Source: Candidatus Thorarchaeota archaeon
GTDB lineage: Archaea; Asgardarchaeota; Thorarchaeia; Thorarchaeales; Thorarchaeaceae
Length of the DNA stretch: 64,000 bases
NCBI GenBank assembly: GCA_003345545.1
Contig: PRDH01000026.1
Location: forward strand, 64,001 to 128,000
Reading direction: 5' to 3'
A model generated the notes under the pieces. That model was given only the letters and a program-made list of their open reading frames with translations. It was not told the DNA's origin and did not search any database. Positions 37,131-46,731 of this stretch are shown here, piece by piece (positions within the stretch are counted from its first letter, which is position 1; every line of letters begins with the position of its first letter). A program made the translations under genes and the position numbers.

Positions 37131-37607
37131 CTATTCGGGGTCACAGACAATGTCAGTGCCCTTTATTCCTTTCTTTGATTGTAGAGGGGATTGCTTGATC
37201 AGACGGATGAGTTTCGTGAGACCTACATGGTGGGATTTTTCTTCATCCTGCATGTGCTCGACTAGGAGCTGTGCAATTGGGTCGTTGATTTCCCCGAGAG
37301 CCTTACCAAGGAGCAAAACCATTTGGTTCTCGTCGTCCGCGAGTGACCTAAGCTCTCTGTCAAGCTTCACTCTGCCTGCATAACGTCCCACTTTGGCAGA
37401 CCACTCATCACACGGAGTTGTGGTTAACACTTCTATCATTCCTTCTAGGAACTTGATGTGTTTCCACGTGTCTAGTCGAAGGTCCATGAATGCTAGTCTT
37501 ACTGTTGTTTCATTCGCTGCTTCCTCAAGCTTGACAAGTTTCTCAAGTGTCTTCTTTTCGATGTCAATCTGCTCTCTGAATACATTGATTACTTCGGTAC
37601 TGCTCAC
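37131..37607 (-). CDS. Ferritin-like (rubrerythrin-type) protein
   Basis: E..DTWKH / E..EEKSH four-helix-bundle pattern; probable GTG start at 37607. Confidence 0.75.
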   Translation of the reverse strand: MSSTEVINVFREQIDIEKKTLEKLVKLEEAANETTVRLAFMDLRLDTWKHIKFLEGMIEVLTTTPCDEWSAKVGRYAGRVKLDRELRSLADDENQMVLLLGKALGEINDPIAQLLVEHMQDEEKSHHVGLTKLIRLIKQSPLQSKKGIKGTDIVCDPE

Positions 37608-37716
37608 TTGTCTGTCCCCTTGGATATTAACTATTGTTATTATTTGCACCGGTTTTCTGTATTTAAAACTATCTTTACCTGTTTATTCAATATTCCGGTT
37701 TGAGACATTCCTCTCA

Positions 37717-38733
37717 CTACCCCATATGTAATGCTCTGCGGTGATCAGGATGATCAAACTGCTGTTCCTGCTCATGCTTGTTGCCTAGAAACTGATTCAT
37801 CATTAATGCTGCATAATTCCCTGTTCCTACTGCCATAGCTATCTGCTGCGTTATGGGTCTCACATCGCCTGCCGACCAAATGCCTTCAACGTTTGTTTTC
37901 CCGCGATGGTCAGTGACTATGTTCCCTTTTTCATCTACTTCTATCCCTATTTGTCGCGCGAGTTCTGATCTCGCGACACCGACATGGGCGACAAAGAACA
38001 CGTTGGCTTTCAGTACTCGGCCGTCTGCGAGGCTCACTGACTGGACTATTCCGGGCCTCAGAAAGCTAATCGACTTGATAATACCTCTGGTCCAAGGAAA
38101 GGGTGAACTATCCAGCTTGGAGAGATCCTGGCTTTCAATTGGAACATACGCATCTTCAGTCATTAGAATCTGAATCTTATCGGTAAAGCGCGTGAGCGAG
38201 TTACCTACATGGAGAGCGCTTCCTACTGTGCCTACATTTACGATCAGAACCTCTTTTCCTTTGCACAATGGCGCCTCGCAGTCGGGACAATAGAATGCTC
38301 CGTTTCCGACATTTGCTGCTGGTAGCCATCCTCTCCACTGCCCATTTACCTTTGGGTGCTTTCTGGCTGTTCCAGTAGCTATGAGAAGCAACTTCGCATG
38401 ATACTCATTCTCATCCTTGGTCCGGTAGCTTGGAGATGTTCTGATCTTGAAATTGGGGTATCGACCTGATATCTCCACGACATCTGCGGCGACAAATTCA
38501 GCTCCAGCAGCTCGGGCTTCTCCTTGCATGCTGCGCAGGAGACTACGACCTTCGTGGTAGACCGAGCCCGTGAAGTTCAGGATGGAGTTCGTATGAAATG
38601 CCATTGGGCTGGTTCCTCGATCCAAAACCAGCACAGAACGTTCATGGAAAGCAAGATGAAGTGCCGCTGAGCATCCGGCAGGGCCGCCACCAATGATGAT
38701 TGCATCATAAATCTTAACCATAGTGCATTTCAC
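37717..38733 (-). CDS. TrxB-like FAD-dependent disulfide oxidoreductase
   Basis: IIIGGGPAG, IATG, YCPDCE, TNVEGIWSAGD; second Rossmann Gly motif degenerate. Confidence 0.85.
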   Translation of the reverse strand: MKCTMVKIYDAIIIGGGPAGCSAALHLAFHERSVLVLDRGTSPMAFHTNSILNFTGSVYHEGRSLLRSMQGEARAAGAEFVAADVVEISGRYPNFKIRTSPSYRTKDENEYHAKLLLIATGTARKHPKVNGQWRGWLPAANVGNGAFYCPDCEAPLCKGKEVLIVNVGTVGSALHVGNSLTRFTDKIQILMTEDAYVPIESQDLSKLDSSPFPWTRGIIKSISFLRPGIVQSVSLADGRVLKANVFFVAHVGVARSELARQIGIEVDEKGNIVTDHRGKTNVEGIWSAGDVRPITQQIAMAVGTGNYAALMMNQFLGNKHEQEQQFDHPDHRRALHMG

Positions 38734-38793
38734 TCATCCTAGAAGTTTTGATTATGGCGTTATAAGCATGTGGTGTGAGGCAATTTGCCACTA

Positions 38794-39426
38794 TCACCCA
38801 CCGAGACAATCCGCGCAGATACTACAGCCGAGGTCAAAAGCTCTTGAGTTGGCTTCGATGGTTTTAGGAGGGACAAGAGCAAGAACTGCCTTTTTTACTA
38901 CCTCCTTAGGAATTGGAAAATCCGCGCATGCAACTGTAGCGCCGACCAGAACTGAGTTCTCAGTTCTTGGATTTCCTGCCTGCAATGCCAGATTGAGAGA
39001 ATCGAGTACGACAACCTTACTTGTGACTTGCTTCAGCCGCTCTGTGATCTGTTCAACTGTCAGATACTTGGTCTTCTTTTCCTTATCCGATGCAAGCTTC
39101 TTGGTTTCGATGACGGTTGGCATTATCCGGTTGCTTGTAATGATGATCCCATCCTTCTTCAGGTACTCGATGTACCGAAGTGTTTCGGTTGCTTCCATTG
39201 ATAACATCATGTCTGCCTTCCCATATGGAATAAGCGGCGAGAGCGGGGCTCCAATTCGAAAGTGAACGTAGATTGAACCGTGTCTCTGCGAGAGTCCGTG
39301 TTGCTCACCAGTCATGATGTTGAAGCCGGAGTCAAGTCCAGCCTTACCAAGAATAGCTGATAAGAGCATCAGACCTTGCCCTCCTACTCCACAGAATAGG
39401 ATGTTGTAGGTCTCTCCCTTCTTCAT
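38794..39426 (-). CDS. iorB: Indolepyruvate:ferredoxin oxidoreductase beta subunit
   Basis: GVGGQG, EQHGLSQRHGS, SPLIPYGKAD, NSRAF. Confidence 0.92.
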   Translation of the reverse strand: MKKGETYNILFCGVGGQGLMLLSAILGKAGLDSGFNIMTGEQHGLSQRHGSIYVHFRIGAPLSPLIPYGKADMMLSMEATETLRYIEYLKKDGIIITSNRIMPTVIETKKLASDKEKKTKYLTVEQITERLKQVTSKVVVLDSLNLALQAGNPRTENSVLVGATVACADFPIPKEVVKKAVLALVPPKTIEANSRAFDLGCSICADCLGG

Positions 39427-41327
39427 CGGCCTTTCACCTCCACATGCTTAGGCGCATTCACGGGACATGCTTGTCTACATTCAAGACATCCATCGCACAA
39501 TTCCTGCTGAATTATCATCTTGTGGTCTTTCTCATCAATGGCAATGGCCGGGCAATAGAAATCCCTTATGCAAGCGTAGATACTACGACAGATGTCTTTC
39601 ATATTTTCACTAGGAACAATTATCTCGCCGGCCTCCCTTTTGAGGCGATCTCCGTAGAGTGCACAATCACGTCGGGAGATTATGACATTGAATCCATCGG
39701 CCTCCATTGCCTTCTTGATGGGGGCAATGCAATCACGCGTCTCGTATGGATCGATTATGGTGACAGAGTCTGCGCCAAGCGCATCGAACATCTTTTCCAT
39801 GTTGATTTTACGAGCTTCATGTCCGCCTGCGTTATACGGCGAGTTTGGATTGTATTGCTGTCCTGTCATTGCAGTGACTGCGTTATCAAGAACAAAGAGT
39901 GTCACGTTCGCATTGTGATGGATGAGATTGACGACGCCAGGCAGAGCAGCATGGTATAGAGTGCTGTCTCCCACCATGGCAATCACTTTGTCTTCGAGCG
40001 CCATCTCCATACCCGCAGAAATCCCAAGAGAAGACCCCATCGCCAGCATTGAATCACTGAACTCATTCGGCGGAAGGAAGGCCATTGAATAGCAGCCGAT
40101 ATCGTTGTTAAACACAATCTTGTTTTGGATTCGTAATTGCTGCAGGGCTTGTCGGAAAGCCCATAGCGTGCCCCTATGCGGACAGCCGGGACAGAAGATT
40201 GGAGGTCTCTCTGGAAGCATGTCCTTGAGTTCTTCCGCTTTCTTCAGGATTGCATCATAATCCATACTAGGCTTCTTTCCGAGGACTTGAGCCAAGGCAG
40301 TTTCAACAATTGGCACATTGTATTCAAGCATCTCACTGAAGTGCCCACTCTTCTTGCCCAGAATCTTGAGGCTCGGATTATACGTGTGTGCTAGTGCCGC
40401 TATTCGTGTTTCAAGATAGGGCGCCAGCTCCTCCACGACTATGAGAGTCGATATAGTCTTCAGGAATTCTCCAAGTTTTTTCTCAGGAAACGGGAAGACA
40501 GTGCCAAGCTTGAACATCGGCAGCTTCACTCTAAGGTTTCGCATTGCTTCTCTCGTGTGATCATAGGAAACACCTGCGGTGAGTATCCCCACGGTACCGC
40601 TACCCGGTACAACGAAGTTGAAATCGGACTCCTCGAAATCCGCCCTAATCGCATCGATCTTTTGCAGAAGCTTCGCTTTTAGGGCTCTGGCAACTTCTCC
40701 GACAGTGTAGTAGGGCCCTTTGATGTCTTGCCATCTGTTCTTCTTGAAGGGAGTTCTATCGAGCCTGCCGAGCTTCACCACCCCACGTTGATGATTGACA
40801 CGCGTCGTAGTTCTGAGAATGACTAGCGTCTTGTGCTTCTCCGAGACCTCGAAAGCCCATTTCGTCATATCGAGCGCCTCTTGAGCTGTTGACGGTTCAA
40901 GCATAGGTACGTATGCAGCCTCTCCAAAGTACCGCCCATCCTGCTCAGATTGAGAGGAATGCGCGTGTGGGTCGTCCGCAATTAGACACACGCAGCCGGC
41001 ATTGAGTCCGGTGTACCCGATACTGAACATCGAATCGCTCGCGACATTCATTCCCACGCTCTTCATAGATGTGAATGACCTCAGTCCAGCCATCGAGGCT
41101 CCGGCGACGGTTTCAAGTGCAACTTTCTCGTTTGATGAGATATGCATCTTATAATCGCCAAAGTGATCAATGACCTCACTAAATGTATCCAGAATCTCTG
41201 AAGTGGGTGAACCAGGGTAGAAAGCCACTACCTTCACATTGGCCTCTAAAGCTCCGCGTACGACGGCCTCGTTAGCAAGCAGAAGAGCATTTCCTGTGTC
41301 TGTGCGCTTAACGTCTTCAACTGTCAT
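39423..41327 (-). CDS. iorA: Indolepyruvate:ferredoxin oxidoreductase alpha subunit
   Basis: YPGSPTSEI, NEKVALE, DDPHAHSSQSEQD, RPPIFCPGCPHR, DIGCY, GDST, C-terminal ferredoxin Cys motifs. Confidence 0.95.
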   Translation of the reverse strand: MTVEDVKRTDTGNALLLANEAVVRGALEANVKVVAFYPGSPTSEILDTFSEVIDHFGDYKMHISSNEKVALETVAGASMAGLRSFTSMKSVGMNVASDSMFSIGYTGLNAGCVCLIADDPHAHSSQSEQDGRYFGEAAYVPMLEPSTAQEALDMTKWAFEVSEKHKTLVILRTTTRVNHQRGVVKLGRLDRTPFKKNRWQDIKGPYYTVGEVARALKAKLLQKIDAIRADFEESDFNFVVPGSGTVGILTAGVSYDHTREAMRNLRVKLPMFKLGTVFPFPEKKLGEFLKTISTLIVVEELAPYLETRIAALAHTYNPSLKILGKKSGHFSEMLEYNVPIVETALAQVLGKKPSMDYDAILKKAEELKDMLPERPPIFCPGCPHRGTLWAFRQALQQLRIQNKIVFNNDIGCYSMAFLPPNEFSDSMLAMGSSLGISAGMEMALEDKVIAMVGDSTLYHAALPGVVNLIHHNANVTLFVLDNAVTAMTGQQYNPNSPYNAGGHEARKINMEKMFDALGADSVTIIDPYETRDCIAPIKKAMEADGFNVIISRRDCALYGDRLKREAGEIIVPSENMKDICRSIYACIRDFYCPAIAIDEKDHKMIIQQELCDGCLECRQACPVNAPKHVEVKGR

Positions 41328-41507
41328 CTCTAGACCTCAGTATCTATTAACTCAAACCGCTCTATTGGAGTGCAAGCGCGAACATAAGCATTAGCAAATG
41401 GCTCTTCTGCGAGAGTAGTGATTCCATGAACAAGTGATCGACGCATCATGGAGGTGATGTGTGCGTTCTCAAGCCGCCCTCAGTAGGCGCGGCTAATCCG
41501 CGTGGTG

Positions 41508-41990
41508 CTATCCGCCCGGACTACCATGCCATGGATTGTCTTTCCAAATAGTATCCCAGATCATATCTTCGGTGAGCGTCTCTGGTTCTATGACTACTTT
41601 GTGAAGCTCCTTCAACAAAGCATGATGCCGTATCTCATCTTCTCGGATCATGCTAGCAATGGTCTTCACCTTCTCGTCTTTGCTTCTCTCAGTCAGCTCA
41701 GCATATGTTTCTACGGCCTGCTCCTCCATCTTGATGTGAGCCTCTATGCCCTTAGCAATCTTATTGCGTTCCCTCTCGCTGATGAAGGGCGCTGGACCCT
41801 CTACTGCCTTTCTCAGAGATTTCAAGAGGGCTGCATGCTTCTGCGAGTCTGTTGAAACGGCAAGCAGCAAATCCTTGACAAAGACGTTGCCAAGTTTCTC
41901 AACATTCTCTCTCACAATCTCTATTATCTTGTGTTCAAGGGCAATCTGTCTATCAATGAACTTCAGAGTTTCTTCTTTGTCCAATATCAT
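41508..41990 (-). CDS. Ferritin-like (rubrerythrin-type) protein
   Basis: E..DSQKH / E..DEIRHH; ends WHGSPGG; probable start 41990. Confidence 0.8.
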   Translation of the reverse strand: MILDKEETLKFIDRQIALEHKIIEIVRENVEKLGNVFVKDLLLAVSTDSQKHAALLKSLRKAVEGPAPFISERERNKIAKGIEAHIKMEEQAVETYAELTERSKDEKVKTIASMIREDEIRHHALLKELHKVVIEPETLTEDMIWDTIWKDNPWHGSPGG

Positions 41991-42147
41991 CCACTCCCGA
42001 TATGATAGGGAGTAGACCACTCTGTTACTTAAGACTATTCACTAATGGATTTCATTAGTTACTTCTGAATTGTTTCTTCACAATGTATATCAATGGTAAT
42101 GGCAACTGGTTCTACACCTCATTTGGCATATTTAGGAGACATCACAT

Positions 42148-42390
42148 ATGCCCAAGGCAGTAGTCTACACAGCACCTGAATGTCCACATTCCCGAAGACT
42201 GGTGGCTTTCCTTAAGCAGAACAAGATTGATTTCGAGGAGAGATGCATTCTTGCGTCACCTGGAATCTTGGATGAGTTGAAGAGAGTCAGTGGTCAACTT
42301 GCCGTGCCCGTTACAGTAATCGGCGATGGTATCTTTCTTGGTTTTGACAGTCGTGTCGAAAGAAGAATTAAGCGACAAGTAGGAGTGTGA
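42148..42390 (+). CDS. Glutaredoxin-like protein (CxxS)
   Basis: VYTAPECPHS, SGQLAVPV, GFD. Confidence 0.85.
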   Translation: MPKAVVYTAPECPHSRRLVAFLKQNKIDFEERCILASPGILDELKRVSGQLAVPVTVIGDGIFLGFDSRVERRIKRQVGV

Positions 42391-42394
42391 TCCG

Positions 42395-43324
42395 GTGTAT
42401 GACCTAGTAATCATTGGTTCTGGTGTGACTGGATATGGCGCAGCAATGTATGCCGCTAGGCTTGATTTGAGCGTGGCAGTCATTGGTAATGTCGATGGTG
42501 GCACGATTACGCTCACTGACGATGTGGCGAACTTCCCGGGCTTCATCCAGCTCACCGGAAAGGAACTAGCAGAGAAGGTCAAAGCTCATGCGCTAGATTA
42601 CCCAGTCTTCATCGAAACGGGTACTGTAACGGATGTCTTCAAGAGCAAGGAAAAGATCTTCTATGTCGTCACCGAGAACAAGTCGTTTCTGGCAAAGTCC
42701 CTCCTCTTTGCAACTGGAATGAAAGACCGGGAACTAGAAGTGCCAGGGCACAATGAGTTGAAAAACAAAGGAGTGAGTTACTGCGCTCTATGTGATGCAC
42801 CCCTCTACAAGGACAAAGTTGTTGCTGTTGTTGGAGGCAGTGATAGTGCAGTCAAGGATGCACTTCTGCTCGCCAAGTACTGCCCTACGGTCTACATCAT
42901 CTATCGAAGTGAAAAGATACATCCTGAACCCATCAATGGTGCACGAGTCATGAGAGAGCCCAGGATTGAGGTCATTACGAAAACTAACGTTGTCGAGATA
43001 CTCGGCAGTAACAAAGTGACTGGCGTTAAACTTGATAATCCCCATAACGGGTCGAACACTCTGAGTCTTGATGGAGTCTTTGTGGCAATCGGCGGTATTC
43101 CTTACTCAAGCCTTGCGGCTAAGCTGGGTGTCAAGCTCAATGCGAAAGGTGAGATTATGATTGACCGTTCAAGCAGGACTAATGTCGAAGGTGTGTTTGC
43201 CGCTGGTGATGTCGTCGACGGTGAATTCAAGCAGGCAATCACTGGTGTTGCTGAAGGCGTTAATGCAGCCTACCAGGCCTACAAGTACGTGAATGAGCAT
43301 GAGTTCGTATTGGCCTGCAAATAG
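42395..43324 (+). CDS. trxB: Thioredoxin reductase
   Basis: IIGSG, FATG, GVSYCALCDAP, VGGSDSA, TNVEGVFAAGD, KQAITG. Confidence 0.92.
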   Translation: MYDLVIIGSGVTGYGAAMYAARLDLSVAVIGNVDGGTITLTDDVANFPGFIQLTGKELAEKVKAHALDYPVFIETGTVTDVFKSKEKIFYVVTENKSFLAKSLLFATGMKDRELEVPGHNELKNKGVSYCALCDAPLYKDKVVAVVGGSDSAVKDALLLAKYCPTVYIIYRSEKIHPEPINGARVMREPRIEVITKTNVVEILGSNKVTGVKLDNPHNGSNTLSLDGVFVAIGGIPYSSLAAKLGVKLNAKGEIMIDRSSRTNVEGVFAAGDVVDGEFKQAITGVAEGVNAAYQAYKYVNEHEFVLACK

Positions 43325-43360
43325 CACACAGAAACTCATGATACTGGCATCATCACTCTT

Positions 43361-43645
43361 TCAGGTCGCCTTCAATGCAATTCTCCACGGGTATAATTCT
43401 GCATGGAAAACTCCCGATTTGACTGCTGGATCATTCCTCATGATTTCAAGAGCCTTGTCACGGGATGCCACTTCAATCATAACAAGACCAATCAAAACTT
43501 CTGAGAATCTCCCAGCCATAGTGAGGATTCCCTTCTTCAGAAGCTCCTTTAGATACTCAAAGTGCTCACTGACCCGTTCATCTGTTCCGGGACTTCCGTA
43601 TTTGTCTGCAGGCCTAAGCACAACGACGAACGATTGAGTTTCCAT
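43361..43645 (-). CDS. YciI family protein
   Basis: EHFEYL, MAGRF, NDPAVKSG, ELYPW. Confidence 0.82.
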   Translation of the reverse strand: METQSFVVVLRPADKYGSPGTDERVSEHFEYLKELLKKGILTMAGRFSEVLIGLVMIEVASRDKALEIMRNDPAVKSGVFHAELYPWRIALKAT

Positions 43646-43681
43646 GTTAGAGCAAGTCACACCCCTCATCAATAAGTCCTT

Positions 43682-44344
43682 TTAATTGAGCTTATCTATT
43701 GCTTCGTAGAGTTTCTCAACGAACATCTCAGGTGGTGTCAGCCCTTCGACAATCACAGTGTCGTTGAGGACTGTTTTAGGCACTCCGAATACTTCGAATT
43801 TGGCTGCATCTTCCTGCATTTCGAGCGACTCATACATTTCAGAGTCGATGAGTGGATTGAGTATGGCTGCCTGGTGAGCGAGCCTAGTCATACCTGGACA
43901 GTACGGGCATTGAGGAGTAACAAAGACGCGAATGAGAATTGGTTCGTCTATTGCACGAATATCCTCGATTACGTCCGGTGGGAGTGGAACTGCTCCATTC
44001 GATACATCAATGATATCTCCGATTAGCGCTCCAAACTCGTGGCCAGCTGGAATCCCGTAGAATTTTATTTTGTACTTCTCCTTCCCGTGGAGTACTATGG
44101 CTGGATGTCGTTTGACTCCTAGTTTCTTGGCCAGATTGCTCTCAAGTGATCCCTGATGCTCCTCCACCCTAATCAAGTCAGATAGTTCAGCGACTAATCG
44201 AACTAAGTCGCGAGTATCATTGCAGTACAGGCATTTCTCGCCTTCAGTAAACAGATGAATAGTCACTTCATTAACAAGGTTCTCGAACATCTCTCTGACT
44301 TGCTCTCGAGTGGCTTCGTCCATTTCAACGACCATGTCAGTCAC
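43682..44344 (-). CDS. Protein disulfide oxidoreductase (two Trx folds, AhpF N-terminal-like)
   Basis: CLYC, FYGIPAGHEF, FVTPQCPYCP, GVPK. Confidence 0.92.
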   Translation of the reverse strand: MTDMVVEMDEATREQVREMFENLVNEVTIHLFTEGEKCLYCNDTRDLVRLVAELSDLIRVEEHQGSLESNLAKKLGVKRHPAIVLHGKEKYKIKFYGIPAGHEFGALIGDIIDVSNGAVPLPPDVIEDIRAIDEPILIRVFVTPQCPYCPGMTRLAHQAAILNPLIDSEMYESLEMQEDAAKFEVFGVPKTVLNDTVIVEGLTPPEMFVEKLYEAIDKLN

Positions 44345-44478
44345 ATCCTAATCTGGAGTCTTGCAGGTTTTAATACATTCCCTTTGCCAGCCCATCTGTA
44401 GCATGAGCGTTCGCAGACTCGATCATGTTGCATGATGGAATCCATCCTGAGCTCTCTGACTACAACATAACGAATGTT

Positions 44479-45552
44479 CTAGATCCACTTGATTCTACGA
44501 TCATGAATCAACTCCTCAAGTGCTGCTGGTATCTCCTCGGAGTCCTCAAGATTAGCCTTTGCATGAATCACCGTATCCTTGGCAATGCTGACGTCTTCGA
44601 GCTGCTTGCATTTGAAGAGCGGAGTTATATTGATCTCTTTGAAGTTATTCTCCTGCGGGTGGTCACTGTAAAGATATAGCTCAGCTATCTCCTTGCATTT
44701 CGATAATGGTGTGAGGTCAATTGCGCTGAGCTGGTTGCCTGCAATATCAAGCGCTGTGAGCTTCTTGGCCTTCGCAAGTGGTGACAAGTCAAGAAGGCTG
44801 ATTTCATTCATCGCAAGATCCAGCCGGCGTAACTGAGTACAAGCAGCGAGTGAACCCAGATCAATGATTCTAATCCTGTTTCCGCCCAATCTAAGAATGC
44901 GGATATCGAGGCAATTCTCAAGGGGCTTCAGATCAACCGATTCCAATTCATTGTGGTGCAGATACAGGAATTTCATGTTAGTGCAACTTGCAAGCGGAGA
45001 GAGATTCAAGTGTGATAGCGAGTTATACATGAGATTCAGTTGCTGCAATCCTGTGCACCCCGCCAAGCCGGAAATATCAAGAACCCTAAACTGATTATTC
45101 TCAATTTCAAGACTTGCAAGTGCCTTGCATGACGCAAGAGGTGAGAGGTCCAAGTGTGTAAGTCGATTCCCCAAGAGACGCAGCCTTGTGAGGTACTTGC
45201 ATTTAGATAACGGTCCTAGGTCAATCTCTGCCAGGTTGTTTGAACCTAGATGGAGCTCCTTTAGATTCACGACATTGGCGAGATGTTTCAGTTCTATCGA
45301 GGTGAGGGAGTTCTTGAAGAGACTCAGATTCATAAGATTAGGTAATCTGGCGAGGGGACTGAGGTCTACGTCAGATATCGCGTTGTTTTCAAGTTGGAGA
45401 TCCCGAAGATTATCTAGCCCTTTCAGAGACTCGAGGCGAATGGTGGCAATACCTCGACGAGAGAGATCAAGTGCTGAGATTGTGACATCATCCACCTCGT
45501 ATCTACACTCTTTGTTCTCTTTGTCCACGTACTCAACAATAACGTCTTCCAT
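44479..45552 (-). CDS. Leucine-rich repeat protein
   Basis: About 12 tandem 22-aa LRRs (LxxLxLxxNxLxxxDLxPL); probable start 45552. Confidence 0.92.
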   Translation of the reverse strand: MEDVIVEYVDKENKECRYEVDDVTISALDLSRRGIATIRLESLKGLDNLRDLQLENNAISDVDLSPLARLPNLMNLSLFKNSLTSIELKHLANVVNLKELHLGSNNLAEIDLGPLSKCKYLTRLRLLGNRLTHLDLSPLASCKALASLEIENNQFRVLDISGLAGCTGLQQLNLMYNSLSHLNLSPLASCTNMKFLYLHHNELESVDLKPLENCLDIRILRLGGNRIRIIDLGSLAACTQLRRLDLAMNEISLLDLSPLAKAKKLTALDIAGNQLSAIDLTPLSKCKEIAELYLYSDHPQENNFKEINITPLFKCKQLEDVSIAKDTVIHAKANLEDSEEIPAALEELIHDRRIKWI

Positions 45553-45631
45553 ATTCTCTTCTCCGTCAGTCAGAGTCTGATTTGCAGAACATTCGAACAA
45601 TTCATGTATTCAATGTTGCTGAAACAACACC

Positions 45632-46231
45632 TTGATCCATTCAATGCTGGGTAAAGGCTTAATGGCCATGCTGATGATGAAGGCACAGCGACCTGAGATG
45701 AATTCAGACCTTCACGCACAGATGAGGACCAGCGATTATTATATATTGTCAGTAACGGGACTGCTCTTTCTCTTCCAGCTCCTGCTCCTTTTCTTCTTTT
45801 TCAATGCGGGGCTCAATGTCATACTTCTGGGAGTAGGCTGGATTCTCCTCATCCCTACTTTTCTTCTGCTTACACTCTCGGCGAACATTCTGCGTAGATA
45901 CGGAAATGCAGTCGAAGGAAAATCCCGGTTCCATACCACATCCCTTGTGAATCGTGGCGCCTATGCAATCATTCGGCATCCGCTCTACTTGGGATGGATT
46001 ATGATGTCTCTTGCCCTGGTGTTAGTATCCCAGTACTGGCTAAGCGCCTTCTTCTCGGGAATCATGATCCCATTAGTCCTGACAGAGATTCAGCGCGAGG
46101 ACAAATTCAACGAGATCAAATTCGGACAGGAGTATTGCCAGTATCAACAGGATATTCCTATGTTGAATGTATTCGCCGGTCTATGGAGATACTATGCGAG
46201 AAGAGAACGTCGTCAGCCCCTGCAGAGTTAG
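45632..46231 (+). CDS. ICMT/PEMT-family membrane methyltransferase
   Basis: LVNRGAYAIIRHPLYLG, EDKFNEIKFGQEY; start may lie further downstream. Confidence 0.85.
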   Translation: MIHSMLGKGLMAMLMMKAQRPEMNSDLHAQMRTSDYYILSVTGLLFLFQLLLLFFFFNAGLNVILLGVGWILLIPTFLLLTLSANILRRYGNAVEGKSRFHTTSLVNRGAYAIIRHPLYLGWIMMSLALVLVSQYWLSAFFSGIMIPLVLTEIQREDKFNEIKFGQEYCQYQQDIPMLNVFAGLWRYYARRERRQPLQS

Positions 46232-46354
46232 GCTGTCCGTTTCTCATATTATCTGCAATGGTGCTGTCCAAAATCAAAAGAGTATTCGCCAGAAGAGTAT
46301 GCTTTTTAACAGGTTTCCAATGAGCGGCGGCAATCTACGAAGGAGATTGGACTC

Positions 46355-46720
46355 TTGAATAAGAAGACGCTTGGCATCCTGCTTATGACATCGCCGTACA
46401 CCTTTCAAAACAGCCACACTTTCTATGATCTGTGCAAGGCAACGCTTGAGAGAGGTTATGGCGTGAAGGTCTTCCTTTTCGTAGATGGTGTCAATAATGC
46501 GAAACTGAAACAGGAGCCTGACCCCGATAGACCAATGAATGACAAGCTCCTGGAGCTAGCCAGCTCAGGAGTGGAGTTTCAGGCTTGCGGCCTCTGTACC
46601 TCAGCTCGTGGTTTTGATCAGAGAGGTGGCGACTTCGTGCAGGGCGTGGAAGTAACAGGCCTCACTGAGTTCGCCGAACAGGTCGGTCAGGTGGACCGAT
46701 TCATCACTTTCTCATTATAG
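46355..46720 (+). CDS. dsrE: DsrE/TusD-like sulfur relay subunit
   Basis: TSPY, FLFVDGV, ACGLCTSARG. Confidence 0.85.
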   Translation: MNKKTLGILLMTSPYTFQNSHTFYDLCKATLERGYGVKVFLFVDGVNNAKLKQEPDPDRPMNDKLLELASSGVEFQACGLCTSARGFDQRGGDFVQGVEVTGLTEFAEQVGQVDRFITFSL

Positions 46721-46731
46721 GAGGGACTAAC

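Noticed and set aside
41472-41495. IRE-like CAGUAG hairpin next to the ferritin-like gene
   Set aside because: The loop reads on the + strand while the gene is on the - strand; more likely an ordinary 3' hairpin
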